DNA of 64,000 nucleotides from a virus. Below, in pieces: positions 63,786-64,000 of the stretch (its first letter is position 1; the number at the start of each line of letters is the position of its first letter). The notes under the pieces are model-generated. The model made no database searches. It was not told where the DNA came from and saw only the letters and a list, made by a program, of their open reading frames with translations. The DNA lies in the IMG/VR virus record IMGVR_UViG_3300013099_000017, positions 32,001 to 96,000 of that record; one strand, 5' to 3'. Both the position numbers and the translations under genes were made by a program.

Positions 63786-64000
63786 TGAATATCGTTGATT
63801 TCTTTTTTACTTCTTATGTTGTTATTATCACATCAATTCCGTTTATATTTTATTATGATGATATTAAACGGAAACGGTGGGTTAATGGAAAAGATGATAC
63901 CATAAAATAACTATTATAGGATAATATTATGATCAAATCACAACAAAATGCTCTTGTTGTTCTTTCTGTTATGGGTGAACTTGTTACAGAAAAAATTTCA

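Overview
Strongly AT-rich segment of a large T4-like (Straboviridae-type) lytic phage genome, almost all genes on the + strand. Core genes recognised: clamp loader gp44 and gp62, RegA, dUTPase, DsbA, family-B polymerase gp43, UvsX, dCMP deaminase, ThyX, RNase H, RNA ligase 2, gp33 and DNA ligase, plus two tRNAs (Arg-TCT and a CAT tRNA). Most of the window is a hyperplastic region of short ORFs. It is punctuated by about 21 copies of a modular intergenic cassette: a palindrome placed right after a stop codon (class A TATATCCCATTGTGGGTATATA, or class B TTGATCTAGATCAA), an extended -10 promoter, and often a hairpin leader ending in AAACTTCCAAAAGGAAA. Best candidates for new biology: (1) this cassette system, possibly with a free-standing sigma70 region-4 protein; (2) a three-gene operon of signal-peptide proteins led by a Gly/Ser-rich three-repeat protein; (3) two mini-proteins homologous to the tail-sheath C-terminal domain inserted between gp44 and gp62; (4) a coupled C5 DNA methyltransferase + CmoA-like pair; (5) a structured 420-bp non-coding region at 55.2-55.6 kb. 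All protein family calls come from motif recognition by eye; no database searches were run, and the host cannot be determined from this window.
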